A stretch of 63,969 bases of DNA, counting the filler, from Stramenopiles sp. TOSAG23-3 (lineage: Eukaryota): NCBI GenBank assembly GCA_900128585.1. It is 5 parts of 5 records of this genome, joined end to end, with 100 filler letters (N's around TTAATTAATTAA, not from the genome) between each part and the next. Parts side by side here need not be neighbours in the genome. Positions count along the whole stretch, not along the records: positions 52,485 to 63,969 come from LT642736.1; 4 more parts are not named here. One strand, given 5' to 3'. The notes beneath the pieces were generated by a model. The model saw only the letters and a program-made list of their open reading frames with translations, was not told where the DNA came from and ran no database searches. Below are positions 52,486 through 62,800 of this stretch, piece by piece; within the stretch, counting starts at the first letter, position 1; each line of letters begins with the position of its first letter. A program made the position numbers and the translations under genes.

Positions 52486-53922
52486 ATTGAACCTGCATTG
52501 AATCAGGCGCATCTAAATAGCCATCCGATGATACGGGAGGGTGCTGCACGATGCTTGGCATTGTACTGCTTGCTCGACACGTCAGGAGACGTTGCAAAGC
52601 TGTACTTAAATACTTTGATTACTTTCGCACGGGTAGACCCAGAAGTTCATGTTCGTATTGCTGCAATCAAAGGACTGACAGACTTGTTGATGGTGTTTAC
52701 CCCAGCATTTGCCAAACGTTCGTTTCACGCCGAGGAGCACGTAAAAGACGGCGCACAAGCCAAAGATGATTCGGTGGATGTAAACATATTTATGAATGAT
52801 GCAATCACCCTAATGCGCGAATATGCTGAAATGCGTGTCGGAGAAAATACGATGTCGGGAGATGCTACAGATACAGAAGAAGACGGGATGAAAATGTTGC
52901 GCATCGCGGCTGTTGATGGTTTGGCTAGATTGTCATTCATTGGTCGTACAAAGCGTAAAGATGTTTTGCAGCGCTTGGTTTTGCTTCCTCATGCAGCAGA
53001 TACAGAGAAGTTCCCAGCGATACGCCAGTGCCTGGCAGTATTTTTGCCAACATTCTCTCGCATTTCAACCTCAAATCGAAGTACCCTCGAGTCGGCCGCG
53101 ATAGATATCATGGAAGAAATTTGCTTTCCGCAAGCTAACGGCCCCTCTTACTCTACTAAAAACGTAAGCACAACTGTTGGAAACTTTTTGTTGCATATGC
53201 TGGGCGAAGAAGAGACCCAAAAGGGTGATGAGCCTGGTGCGGTTGAGACGCCTTCCAACGCTTCCTGTAGTCACGGGAGATTTGGGCGTGCTCTTGCCGT
53301 TCGCTTTTTGGCAGAACCTGCACTAATGGATGCTAAAGGAATGGTGAAGACGTTTTGTTTTTTGAGCATTTCGAAAAATGATTTTACCAATGCCTACTTA
53401 GCGAGGTACGCTGCTCAAGAAATCTTGCAGATGCCAGAAGAGTGCTACACAGACAAAGTAGGCCGGAAAGCATTGGGCCGACTTGCTACCAGCCTTGGAA
53501 AAAGGATAGCAAAAGCCCCAGCGTCGGTATCGGATGAATTTGAAGCAGCGCTTAACTTGTTCAAGGGCGAAGTGGAGGCCATGAAGCCCGTGGCCTTAGA
53601 GGCAGCACAGGAGCGTGAAGCTATTCGTGCTCGCGACGCGCCTAAAACCGGACGCAAAAAGAGCACCACGGTAAAAAAGACTCGTAAGCGTAGAAAGTTG
53701 AAGTCGACGAGGCGAACATCCCTGTCTGACGACGAGGGCTCAGTACCAGGCAAAAAGAACTTGCTAGATGTTATTGAGCAGGAGGAATCGAATGACTCGA
53801 GTGAAAATGTAATTGCCGACGCTGTAACTTCCAAAAGCTCTCGTCGCCCTAGTGTAATGAGGGCCCAAGAAGCAATGAATGAAATTAACAATTTGTTGAG
53901 TTCTGATGACGAAGAAATGTAA
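52486..53922 (+). CDS. NCAPG: Condensin I subunit CAP-G / Cnd3, C-terminal part (5'-truncated)
   Basis: IEPAL...PMIREGAARCLALYCLLD, AIKGLTDLLMVF, AAVDGLARL, IRQCLAVFLPTF; HEAT-like, with basic/acidic tail. Confidence 0.75.
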   Translation: MEPALNQAHLNSHPMIREGAARCLALYCLLDTSGDVAKLYLNTLITFARVDPEVHVRIAAIKGLTDLLMVFTPAFAKRSFHAEEHVKDGAQAKDDSVDVNIFMNDAITLMREYAEMRVGENTMSGDATDTEEDGMKMLRIAAVDGLARLSFIGRTKRKDVLQRLVLLPHAADTEKFPAIRQCLAVFLPTFSRISTSNRSTLESAAIDIMEEICFPQANGPSYSTKNVSTTVGNFLLHMLGEEETQKGDEPGAVETPSNASCSHGRFGRALAVRFLAEPALMDAKGMVKTFCFLSISKNDFTNAYLARYAAQEILQMPEECYTDKVGRKALGRLATSLGKRIAKAPASVSDEFEAALNLFKGEVEAMKPVALEAAQEREAIRARDAPKTGRKKSTTVKKTRKRRKLKSTRRTSLSDDEGSVPGKKNLLDVIEQEESNDSSENVIADAVTSKSSRRPSVMRAQEAMNEINNLLSSDDEEM

Positions 53923-54030
53923 AACGGCGCGTGTGTGGTATGATACATGCAATATTTGTGTGTGAAAACAAGGTAAATGTGACGAACCAAAATATAGGGA
54001 GCTGTTATCTAAAAACAAAAAAGCCTAATT

Positions 54031-54159
54031 CAGAGATAAGTTCGCAGTATATGAAGGAACGTAAACCTTTAATGGACAAAAGGAGTAGATTCATTTTCGC
54101 GGTATACGAGGAAGATAAATTTTAATTACCTTAAATAACAGCCAATTTTTTGTTTTAAA
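54031..54159 (-). promoter_or_regulatory. Full-length copy of recurrent post-stop element
   Basis: Colinear similarity with 59676-59816, 29051-29143 and 18181-18201. Confidence 0.55.
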
Positions 54160-54182
54160 AAAAGAGTTAAATGAATCTCTTG

Positions 54183-57100
54183 TTACCAACTGAACTTCTC
54201 AAGCATCTGTGTAGCAGTCGCCAGATCCTTTTTCGCTTTGACTCGCATGTAAAAAATAGGGCAATCCGTGTTGCTGCACAGGATGTCGGTATGCAATGTG
54301 CCCTGGCAACGTTGACATTGGCTCCACAATTTGCTTGTTTTCGCTTCACATTCCTTTACTTTGCTTTGTTTTTGTAAGAATATAGCACCTTCTCTTGTCT
54401 TGCAATGTTTACACAACGCTCCCGACTTGTCTGGGATCTGCGCACGGCAGCCTGCGCAACTTTTCTTTTTCTTGACAAAGCCCATCAACCCACCCGCACT
54501 TTTCTTCGCAGTTGGTTTAAACACTTTGCGAGTGTGATCCCCTTTTAGTACACAATCAGCACTTCCAGTGATGGGTTCAAAGATGCGCGTTAAGGGTTTG
54601 CTCAGTTGATTTGTCAAGTAATACTGGGTATCAATGGCTAAATTATTTTCGAGAACATACAAAGGATCCTCAGCCTTTTCGTACCCTTTGGCTTTGGGGC
54701 CCTTCTGTATCATGACATATGGAACACGGTCTCCAACAACTGGGGCGGTGGCTGGATCACGTTTATGCATCTTTTTCGCGAGTTCACCGTGTGCCTGCTT
54801 ATTCACATAATCTTCACCGTTCGGGTCTTTGGACAGACTCTTTGAAATAATAAGCAAAGAGATATCAACTTTGTTCATCAGAAGGTCGCTGATGGTACGT
54901 TTTGTGTACTCAATTGCGCCTTTAACATCATTTTGGACTAAAATCTTATTCAAGCAGGTCCCAACGACTTGCCGGGTAAGGCCGCAATTGTCACGTCTTA
55001 CGGTTTCAATCCCCTTGGCATCAAGTTTGTCGAACTTCTCTGCCCTAGTCCAGTACAGCCCCGCATAACGCTTCTTATTCATCAGCAAGTATGGACAATA
55101 GACCTTCTCAAACTCAAGTTTAATGGGGTTCACAAATATGTCAGTCACAAGAGGAGCAGCCTCTTCCCCCAGTCGTATGGCTTCTGCAACAGTTTTGCAC
55201 CCAAACTTTATCATGACACTATCTGTGTCACCATAAATAACCTCGGCATTTGCTTCATACCCATTTTCTACCGTGTACAATTCTTCTACTTTCGCCTTCG
55301 TCGCGTCAATCATTTCTCGCCCGTACGCTGTGACAGAACTACTGATTGGCAAGCAAGGCAGTTGTCCGACTGTTGCCCCAGTGAAACCGTACACACTATT
55401 TGCACTGACTTTTAAAGCCAATTGGCGCCCATTCATCACACCCTTTGTCAGGGGGTCTTTGGCTGCTTTCATATCTTTCTTTGCAGCTTTACGAGCAGTC
55501 AACAGTTCCTCCAAAATTTCTGGCAAAATGCCTTTTTTCACGTCTGATTTTACGAAGTAGTAACCATTCGGAGTTCGCTTGTACGTGGATGGGTCTAGAG
55601 TCTTCACTTGTTGGGGCTGCAATAACGTACTGTAGCAGAGATTGTGAGCTTGCATAATTGACGGGTACAAAGACGCGAAATCCAGCGTGGCAATAGGGGC
55701 TCGGTAGAATCCCCGTTTCGGTTCGATTACCGTTGCACCTTCATATGCCACCCCATTGCCCTCCCCATTTGAGGCTTGGGACCGCTGCATGGCGGGTATT
55801 ATTAAATTCAACGGACCACATTTCCGGTAAAGCATAGAAAGGACCTTAATTTGCTGCCCACGAGACATCAAAAAGTCGAGAGGCACTCCTGTTACTCGTG
55901 CCATCTCAATGTGGTTCACCATGACGTACAGTTTGTCCATCAATTTCTGCGGCAAATATGCATCTTTCAAACAGTATACCGCAAGACGTCGTCGATCATC
56001 TGGGGAGCCTCTTTGCAAATCTGAGATGATGCTGTAGTGAACATCTTCTTTCTGTTGCCCAAGGAAGTGCGCACTGACTGCATTCAAAGTGTAACTGCTA
56101 AATTTATGGTTGCGGCGCATATACTTGATCATGTCAAACACGATCCGCCCCTTGATACTTGTTTCGACATCGGTTCGCTTGCCAAATGCCGCACTGCTAA
56201 AGGTTGCATCTCTCATTGTTGCCTTTTCACCACACAACCGCCCGAGTTCACTGACCCGGTTGTGTACGTTCAGGGCTTTTGCTCTGTTCAGTATGTAAGG
56301 AAGGTCAAAATTTTGTATGTTGTAGCCCGTCAAAACATCAACGTCACTCTCCACCACATATTTAGCCCATTTTGCCAAAAGGTCGCGCTCATCGTGAGAA
56401 ACATCCACATTTACACCTACAATGTCCGTCGTCTCGTCCAGAACAAAGATGGTCTTGCTTCTTGGTTTGTCTTCTCCATGAACCGTTACTGTGTTCGCAA
56501 TCTGTATGACTGGATCCTTCTCGGCCTCGGGAAAGTGACCTTTTCGCCCCATGCATTCAATATCGAACGACAACACTCGCAGCGGGGCGATTTTCATCCA
56601 TTCGCCTTCTGGTTTGTGGGATATTAACGACGTGTACACAATGTCCAATTCAATTTGGCAGCGGCCAGTTTTCTGCTGCGGGCCGCGGCGCATACTCCAT
56701 GCGCCGGCTGGGCACTCCAGCCAGTTGCAACCAACGATTTCGTTATCGATCATAAACCGCAGGACGTACGGAACGTTGCTTTCATAAGTTTGGTATTGTA
56801 GATTCCCGTAACCTGGGCATGTAAACCCGTGTTCCAGTACCCGGCGGGCGGTGGGAACTAACGTTGGCATGGCAACATGGATCTGCAAAAAGGGTTGCAA
56901 CCCTGCATCCCCGTGATAACCGAGCAAGCTTTGTTTCCGCACTACTTGAACGCTCATAACATGCATTTTGATCTGCTCCCGGCTTTTTCGAGCATTCTGC
57001 TGGACCATAGCATTCAGTGCATGCCGAAACTTACCACAATCGTTCGGGTTGAACGAGCGTGGGATGGAGCACAAGAAGTACGGTGTAAAGCCGTGCACGT

Positions 57101-57542
57101 GGGCTAATACAGAATTTCCAATTTCATTCACCCCGTACAATCTTACGACAGGAACGGGTTTGTCAGTGCTCCCTGGAACACGCTCTCCTATGGCAGGGTT
57201 TTCTTTCAGTGGGTCGCCACTGTACATGTCAATATCCATCCATTGAAAGGCCATCGAGTCCGTTTCTGGATTGATCTGCTGGACTTCTGGGCGTTTCCAC
57301 GGTGACCGAGTAGGCTCTTGGCTTTCTTTCGCTGCTTCTTGTGCCACGAGTTCCATTTCGAAATCCGAAGGGGGAGCGTTACGATCAGATTTTAGACGTT
57401 TTGATACAGTATCAGGAGAATAGCTCTCGCCTAAAGAGGATGGATCTGCAGCGTTTGGGGAAGGACGTTTCAGCGAGTTCCCACTTTCGCTGGTGGAGCT
57501 GGGTTGGGCGCCAGCGCCCTCATTCTGAGCTGGTGAAGACAT
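54183..57542 (-). CDS. POLD1: DNA polymerase delta catalytic subunit
   Basis: LSFDIEC, GYNIQNFD, YCLKDA, LDFASLYPSIM, KVSANSVYGFTG, YGDTDS, CysA CAGC..CKHC and CysB CQRC..CSNTDC. Confidence 0.98.
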   Translation of the reverse strand: MSSPAQNEGAGAQPSSTSESGNSLKRPSPNAADPSSLGESYSPDTVSKRLKSDRNAPPSDFEMELVAQEAAKESQEPTRSPWKRPEVQQINPETDSMAFQWMDIDMYSGDPLKENPAIGERVPGSTDKPVPVVRLYGVNEIGNSVLAHVHGFTPYFLCSIPRSFNPNDCGKFRHALNAMVQQNARKSREQIKMHVMSVQVVRKQSLLGYHGDAGLQPFLQIHVAMPTLVPTARRVLEHGFTCPGYGNLQYQTYESNVPYVLRFMIDNEIVGCNWLECPAGAWSMRRGPQQKTGRCQIELDIVYTSLISHKPEGEWMKIAPLRVLSFDIECMGRKGHFPEAEKDPVIQIANTVTVHGEDKPRSKTIFVLDETTDIVGVNVDVSHDERDLLAKWAKYVVESDVDVLTGYNIQNFDLPYILNRAKALNVHNRVSELGRLCGEKATMRDATFSSAAFGKRTDVETSIKGRIVFDMIKYMRRNHKFSSYTLNAVSAHFLGQQKEDVHYSIISDLQRGSPDDRRRLAVYCLKDAYLPQKLMDKLYVMVNHIEMARVTGVPLDFLMSRGQQIKVLSMLYRKCGPLNLIIPAMQRSQASNGEGNGVAYEGATVIEPKRGFYRAPIATLDFASLYPSIMQAHNLCYSTLLQPQQVKTLDPSTYKRTPNGYYFVKSDVKKGILPEILEELLTARKAAKKDMKAAKDPLTKGVMNGRQLALKVSANSVYGFTGATVGQLPCLPISSSVTAYGREMIDATKAKVEELYTVENGYEANAEVIYGDTDSVMIKFGCKTVAEAIRLGEEAAPLVTDIFVNPIKLEFEKVYCPYLLMNKKRYAGLYWTRAEKFDKLDAKGIETVRRDNCGLTRQVVGTCLNKILVQNDVKGAIEYTKRTISDLLMNKVDISLLIISKSLSKDPNGEDYVNKQAHGELAKKMHKRDPATAPVVGDRVPYVMIQKGPKAKGYEKAEDPLYVLENNLAIDTQYYLTNQLSKPLTRIFEPITGSADCVLKGDHTRKVFKPTAKKSAGGLMGFVKKKKSCAGCRAQIPDKSGALCKHCKTREGAIFLQKQSKVKECEAKTSKLWSQCQRCQGTLHTDILCSNTDCPIFYMRVKAKKDLATATQMLEKFSW

Positions 57543-58547
57543 GGGTGGCTTACCTTTTGTTTTCAACGGTTTCTTAGTGGATAGATACTCTAGTCGCTAA
57601 ACGCTCGAAGCAAAATCAATATAAAAAATTATTCCAAAAAAAGCCTTTAAGTTTGTGCGCACATTCATTAAAAAAGGACGACCTTGGCAAGATATTCTGC
57701 TGATTCAATTCAGTATTAATACGATACTTGGCAGCGCGGCGGGTTGTGTTGTTTTAATTATTTGAAATTGGTTCTCTTTTGTTGCCTTGATGATTTTAAT
57801 GATGATTTATGATTTTATTATTAAAATTAGCTGATGGTCGCGTCGGTGATAGATCTTCTCTGGAGGAATGTTTTCTGTAATTAATTAGTTGTTCTAGCAT
57901 TTGGACTCTGTACTATTACATTGTATTTTGTATATAAAGAATATATAATTTAAGTAAATAAAGTAATTATAAAAATAGCGCCAGGTCTCGAAGAATTTTT
58001 CCCGCTTCTTCTTGAAAAATATTAGATTAATAATATTTATACTTAGTTTTTCTATTTTTTATAGAGATGAACTGATCGTTTTTCAGTATTAATTATATCT
58101 GAAGTATTATATGATAGTTGTAGTATTTAGAATATGAAATTAGTATAGTTTCAAATGTACAGGACAGAGGGACGGGGTCAAGAAGAAACGAAGTTTTAAT
58201 GTAATAAAACCAATTACCTGGTACCTGGTACCCGTACCCATATTAATACCTGTACCGGTACCTGGTACCGTAACGAGGAGGTAACGAGGAGGAGTACATC
58301 ATACTTTGACCTACCACTAAACAACAGGGAACATTTGGGAGGAGCAGCAGTCGGAACATTTCCATAGTTCGTTAGTTGGTATTAAAATAATAAATCGAAC
58401 ATGCACAATCATCGTGCTCAATAAGTAAATTAACCGAGCTGATTTTTGATGCTCTCGCAAAAGAGAAGTGAAACACGTTAATAAATTATCAGCGGGAAGG
58501 CTGGCGAACTGGTCGAGAGTGCCTTTCGTAGGTAGCACCAAAGAAGA

Positions 58548-59570
58548 ATGCCGACGAAAGTTAGGGCGCTGCCGTATGGGGAAGAGGGCGAAGAAACTGA
58601 GCTGGAAAAGGATGTAGATAAGCAGAATTTGCTGAACCATATTCATGCAATTGATGCAAAAATAAGCGAAATATTTTACTCAAACATTACGCTGGAAAAA
58701 CAGGCGTTTGCACAAAAAATCGAGAAAAATGAGTTGAAGGCAATAAATTCAGAACTAGAAGATTTGTACAGAGAACGTGCAACTATAATCGCATATGTTG
58801 ACAAACACTATTGGTTGTTTGCCTTGGAAGCTATACCTCAAGTATCAGATATTATAGGGTTTTCGGATGGAGATGTATTAGCACAGGAACTGAAGGATGT
58901 AAGGGCGTATATGGACCCTTGCACTGGCCAGCAAGGGAAGATGCGGGTTACGCTTTCGTTTTACTTTCGGAGTAAGAACGAAGTTTTCTCCAACAAACGG
59001 CTTGACGTACTGCTAGTAGTGAAAGAGAGGGGGGATGTGGTGTTGTTGTTTGATGAAACATTTCAGACTGCTGATATAGAATGGTCATCGGGGTGTTGGG
59101 CACACGGAGGACCGCAGCTCCTCAGCGACAGATTTTTCTCCTTGTGGACTGGCCAAAAGGCCATTGAGAAAGACCAATCTGAAGCAGATTGGAAGCGGGG
59201 TATAGAGCGAGGAGTGATTGCAATCCTCACCCAAGTAATCAACCGTTCCGCATTTTTCTACCGAGTTGGACTTGACATGATCAATCGGCCAGACAACGAG
59301 GAAGATTATCCATCAAGAATCGGCGAAAGTGACAAGCAAGGGGAAATTGGCAAAGGTGCAAAAGGACGAAGCCGCTACCACGTTTCTGGGCAGGTCGAGT
59401 ATCTGATATTGATTTCCTCGTTTATGTTCATAGTGTGCACGGTGTATTTCTTGCATTTAACGGGGGTTATTGGTAAAGGGCAAAGGGGAATAGTGAATGG
59501 TCAAAGTACAAAATCTTCAAACTACGACTCACACCCTCACTCTGAATGGTATAGAACGTCTTTTCTATAA
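58548..59570 (+). CDS. NAP/SET (nucleosome assembly protein)-like domain protein with C-terminal transmembrane helix
   Basis: LYRERATII...HYWLFAL...VSDII...DVL...LKDV...LSFYF...NEVFSNKRL...IEWSSG...RFFSLW; hydrophobic YLILISSFMFIVCTVYFL. Confidence 0.6.
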   Translation: MPTKVRALPYGEEGEETELEKDVDKQNLLNHIHAIDAKISEIFYSNITLEKQAFAQKIEKNELKAINSELEDLYRERATIIAYVDKHYWLFALEAIPQVSDIIGFSDGDVLAQELKDVRAYMDPCTGQQGKMRVTLSFYFRSKNEVFSNKRLDVLLVVKERGDVVLLFDETFQTADIEWSSGCWAHGGPQLLSDRFFSLWTGQKAIEKDQSEADWKRGIERGVIAILTQVINRSAFFYRVGLDMINRPDNEEDYPSRIGESDKQGEIGKGAKGRSRYHVSGQVEYLILISSFMFIVCTVYFLHLTGVIGKGQRGIVNGQSTKSSNYDSHPHSEWYRTSFL

Positions 59571-59675
59571 AAAAAGCATTGATTTTTATAGAACTGAATT
59601 ATTTAAAAAAAAAAATCCACTTAAAATCCGTAACTCCAAGTTAAAAGTAAAATGTCTACTCAGATTAGTGAAATT

Positions 59676-59816
59676 TCAGGAGAGCGGAGATAAATTCGCA
59701 GTACAATGAAAAACCTTTAATAAGACAAAAGGAGCAGATTATCATTCGCGGTACACGAGGAAGATAAAGTTTTTTAAATTTACACTTAAAATAACAACTA
59801 ATTTTTTGTTTTTAAA
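59676..59816 (-). promoter_or_regulatory. Full-length copy of recurrent post-stop element
   Basis: Colinear similarity with 54031-54159. Confidence 0.55.
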
Positions 59817-59874
59817 AATAAAAGCGTAGTAAAATTTTGGCGATCTGAATGGGGCATTTTTTTCTACAGTAGGT

Positions 59875-62800
59875 TTACAGCGTTTCCTGAAATATACCCC
59901 GAACTGCATTTAAGGAACCAGATTCATGCGTAACCTCAATGAGCGGTTTCGACCGAGAAGGTGATGCCTGAATAAGGAACGGGGATGACTGCACGATGTT
60001 ATCTTTTGCGAAAACGACATCGCTTAAATCGTCGATTGCAATTCCGCAATGGTATTTCGTCACAGGGTCCGTGTCTTCGAATGCCAATTGTTCCAAAAGG
60101 CTCGTCATCGACAAAAATTGTTCTTTTGGTAATATTGGTTGTGGCGTATTTTTGCATACTACCGCAATCGATCTAAGTAAATAGACAGCACCACGACGAA
60201 CGAGAAGTACAGATTCATTGCTGTCTCCCACAGTTTCAGATTCGTGCACAATAATGCCCAGGGCTAATTGAGAAACTTTGGAGCAGTATTTCGTTGCATG
60301 TTTTCCAAGAACCAACATAATATCTGCTAAATTTGATAAGCAGCTGGCACGAAATGCAGACCATTGTGCACTGAATGGAATATCAGATGATTTCGCTTTG
60401 GCATTAACAGCGGGATCGATGCAGTCAAACATATAGTCTTGCATATGTGCACGGGCTGAGCTTGGATACGAGAATGCGTCGATCAGACTTGGAGCATAAT
60501 GCGGCAGCGTGTCCCCGCACCTTCGAGCTGCTGCTGCCAAAACTTCTCCAACCTTGCATCGATCGTTCAAATTCAAACACGGACCACTGCTAGATATATC
60601 GGTTTTCTTGTTCAATTCAAATGTGCGCAGTAAAATGGGGAAAACGATCGGGGGTGATATACTTGCTGCCGTGCTCAATGCTTGCACCGCTGCCAAGTAA
60701 ACGTAGCTCTCGTCTTCTCGCAACAACTCCAACAGATGTCTCACCAAAACTGGCACAATAACTGCCTTCAAAGGATTTTTCGGAAGACTGTTTGCCATAA
60801 AACGATTTATACGTTGCAAAGCATACGCACGCATTGCTACATCTTCATGCTGTAATTGTGAAAAAGCCCCTTGGTATATTTTTATCGTTTGCTCATCATT
60901 GCTTGCTTCCAGTGTATCTTCGAGGGCAGCATCAAGGCTACCCAGTCCTGACTCAGATATTTTCCTTTGATGGCGTTCAATCCGAGAAAGCAGTAGAAGT
61001 ACGCGAAGTGCAATTGCTTTGTCTGATATTTCAATTGAGGGGTACAACGATAAAGTTTCTAATATCGCCTCCAAATCATTCAAAGTCTTTCGCAATTCAG
61101 GGGGAAATTTTGCAATGCTTTTGTTTTCAACCTTGGAGTTCCAACCGTAGTCTGCGGCATCTTGAAGCAATAATTCCAATATGCTAAAACATATATTAGC
61201 AGTAGATTCCATCGAGATAGATTCATGTAATCCCGATTGAATCTCAAATGTACCGGTATGATTCGCCCCTGAATTCAGTCCTTGCTCAGCTGAGAAAGGA
61301 TCTCTTGCCAAGCCAATCTGTGTACGGGCAAAGGAGGTTTCGAGGTTTAGGGAACCTAATTCATGATCCTTGTCGAAAATTTCACTCGACGGCAATAATG
61401 TTTTTACAAATCTTTCCAAAATTGTAACGATGCTGTCTGCAACACGGCCTTTATCACGCAAAAACGATCCTGATCCCATGCTCTCACAAATTTTAATCAA
61501 CAGATTAAACACAATAATATCTTTGGCATGAGTGCCGCACAATATTTCCGACATCTGATCGAACGCAGTACACTGATTTGATTGAGGCTTTGGCTTGATA
61601 GAAATATCGTTTAGGTCATATAATTCTTTTTCGATCTCATTCATGACAATAGCGTTGGCATCATTCCACAGAACTGTGTCTCTCTTGATTTTAGTATCAA
61701 CAGAATCAAACCCACCAGAAATTCGCAATAAAAGACAAAAAAAATAATTCGGTAATTTTGTCTCCTGTACTTTCTTCGACTGGACTAGCTCAAAAATTGT
61801 GTCACAGAACTCGGTGGAGTAATTCACAGGTGATGCCATGGTACCCTGTACACTGCCATTTCCACTTTTTGTTGTCTTCATAGAAATGCACCCCGTCTCA
61901 CCGCGGCATAACTGCATTTGCAAAGCTGAGTGATCGTCTTGCGCACTTTCAGCGCTGTGCTGGAAGGTACCATGGATCTGAATTAAATCTACCAAATCGA
62001 AAGCAGCCTTGTTGTGTTCACTGTGAGACAAAAGCTGCTCCAATGCTGTGCGCAAAATAGAAGTAGTCCCACTTTTGGTACTTTTACTAAACGTATAAAG
62101 ACGAAATATTCCCAACAGAAACAATTCCCTGATCTTCAGTATCGCGGCTTTTGAAGGAGGCAGCGTTTGCAAAAATACATTCATGCGCAAAAGTTCCAAT
62201 TCAATTTCTGCTTCATTGAATACAGTTGCATCTCCCATATCCGAAACCCCTTCTATTCCATTTTTTTTCATACCAGCATAATACAGGCAGGGAAATAAAA
62301 TAAAAAGAAAGTGGCTAGAACATGATGTGTGTTTGTTTGTATCGCGGGGCCCCTTCGCGTCTTGCTCACAAACAGCTTTGCATACTTCACCGCACAACAC
62401 GACACCAGTGCTAGTTCGGTATTTTCCCCGCACTAGTTTCTCGTGCATCGACTTCAATTGTTTGAAAATAGAGGAATAGAATTTGAAGGCTGGGAATCTA
62501 GTTTTTAAAGACGCAGTGGGGTACGTCGTAAAAACTCTTACAACATGCAGAAGGGGAGAGAGATCTTCTAAAGATGCAATTTCACCCTCAGCGTAGGTAT
62601 TTATTTCGCCATTGGCCACGTTCGCTCCGTTCTCAGCACTATTTTCTTCGTATTGGTTGCTGTAAGGGACATTAAGAGTCCCCAAAAATTGCTTTGCAAT
62701 TATTTCCACACCCTGCATATGTTTGCCCACCAATATTTTATTTAGCATTTTTTCGCATATGTGCTGACCAAAACTACGATTGGTCTGAATTGACAGCAGT

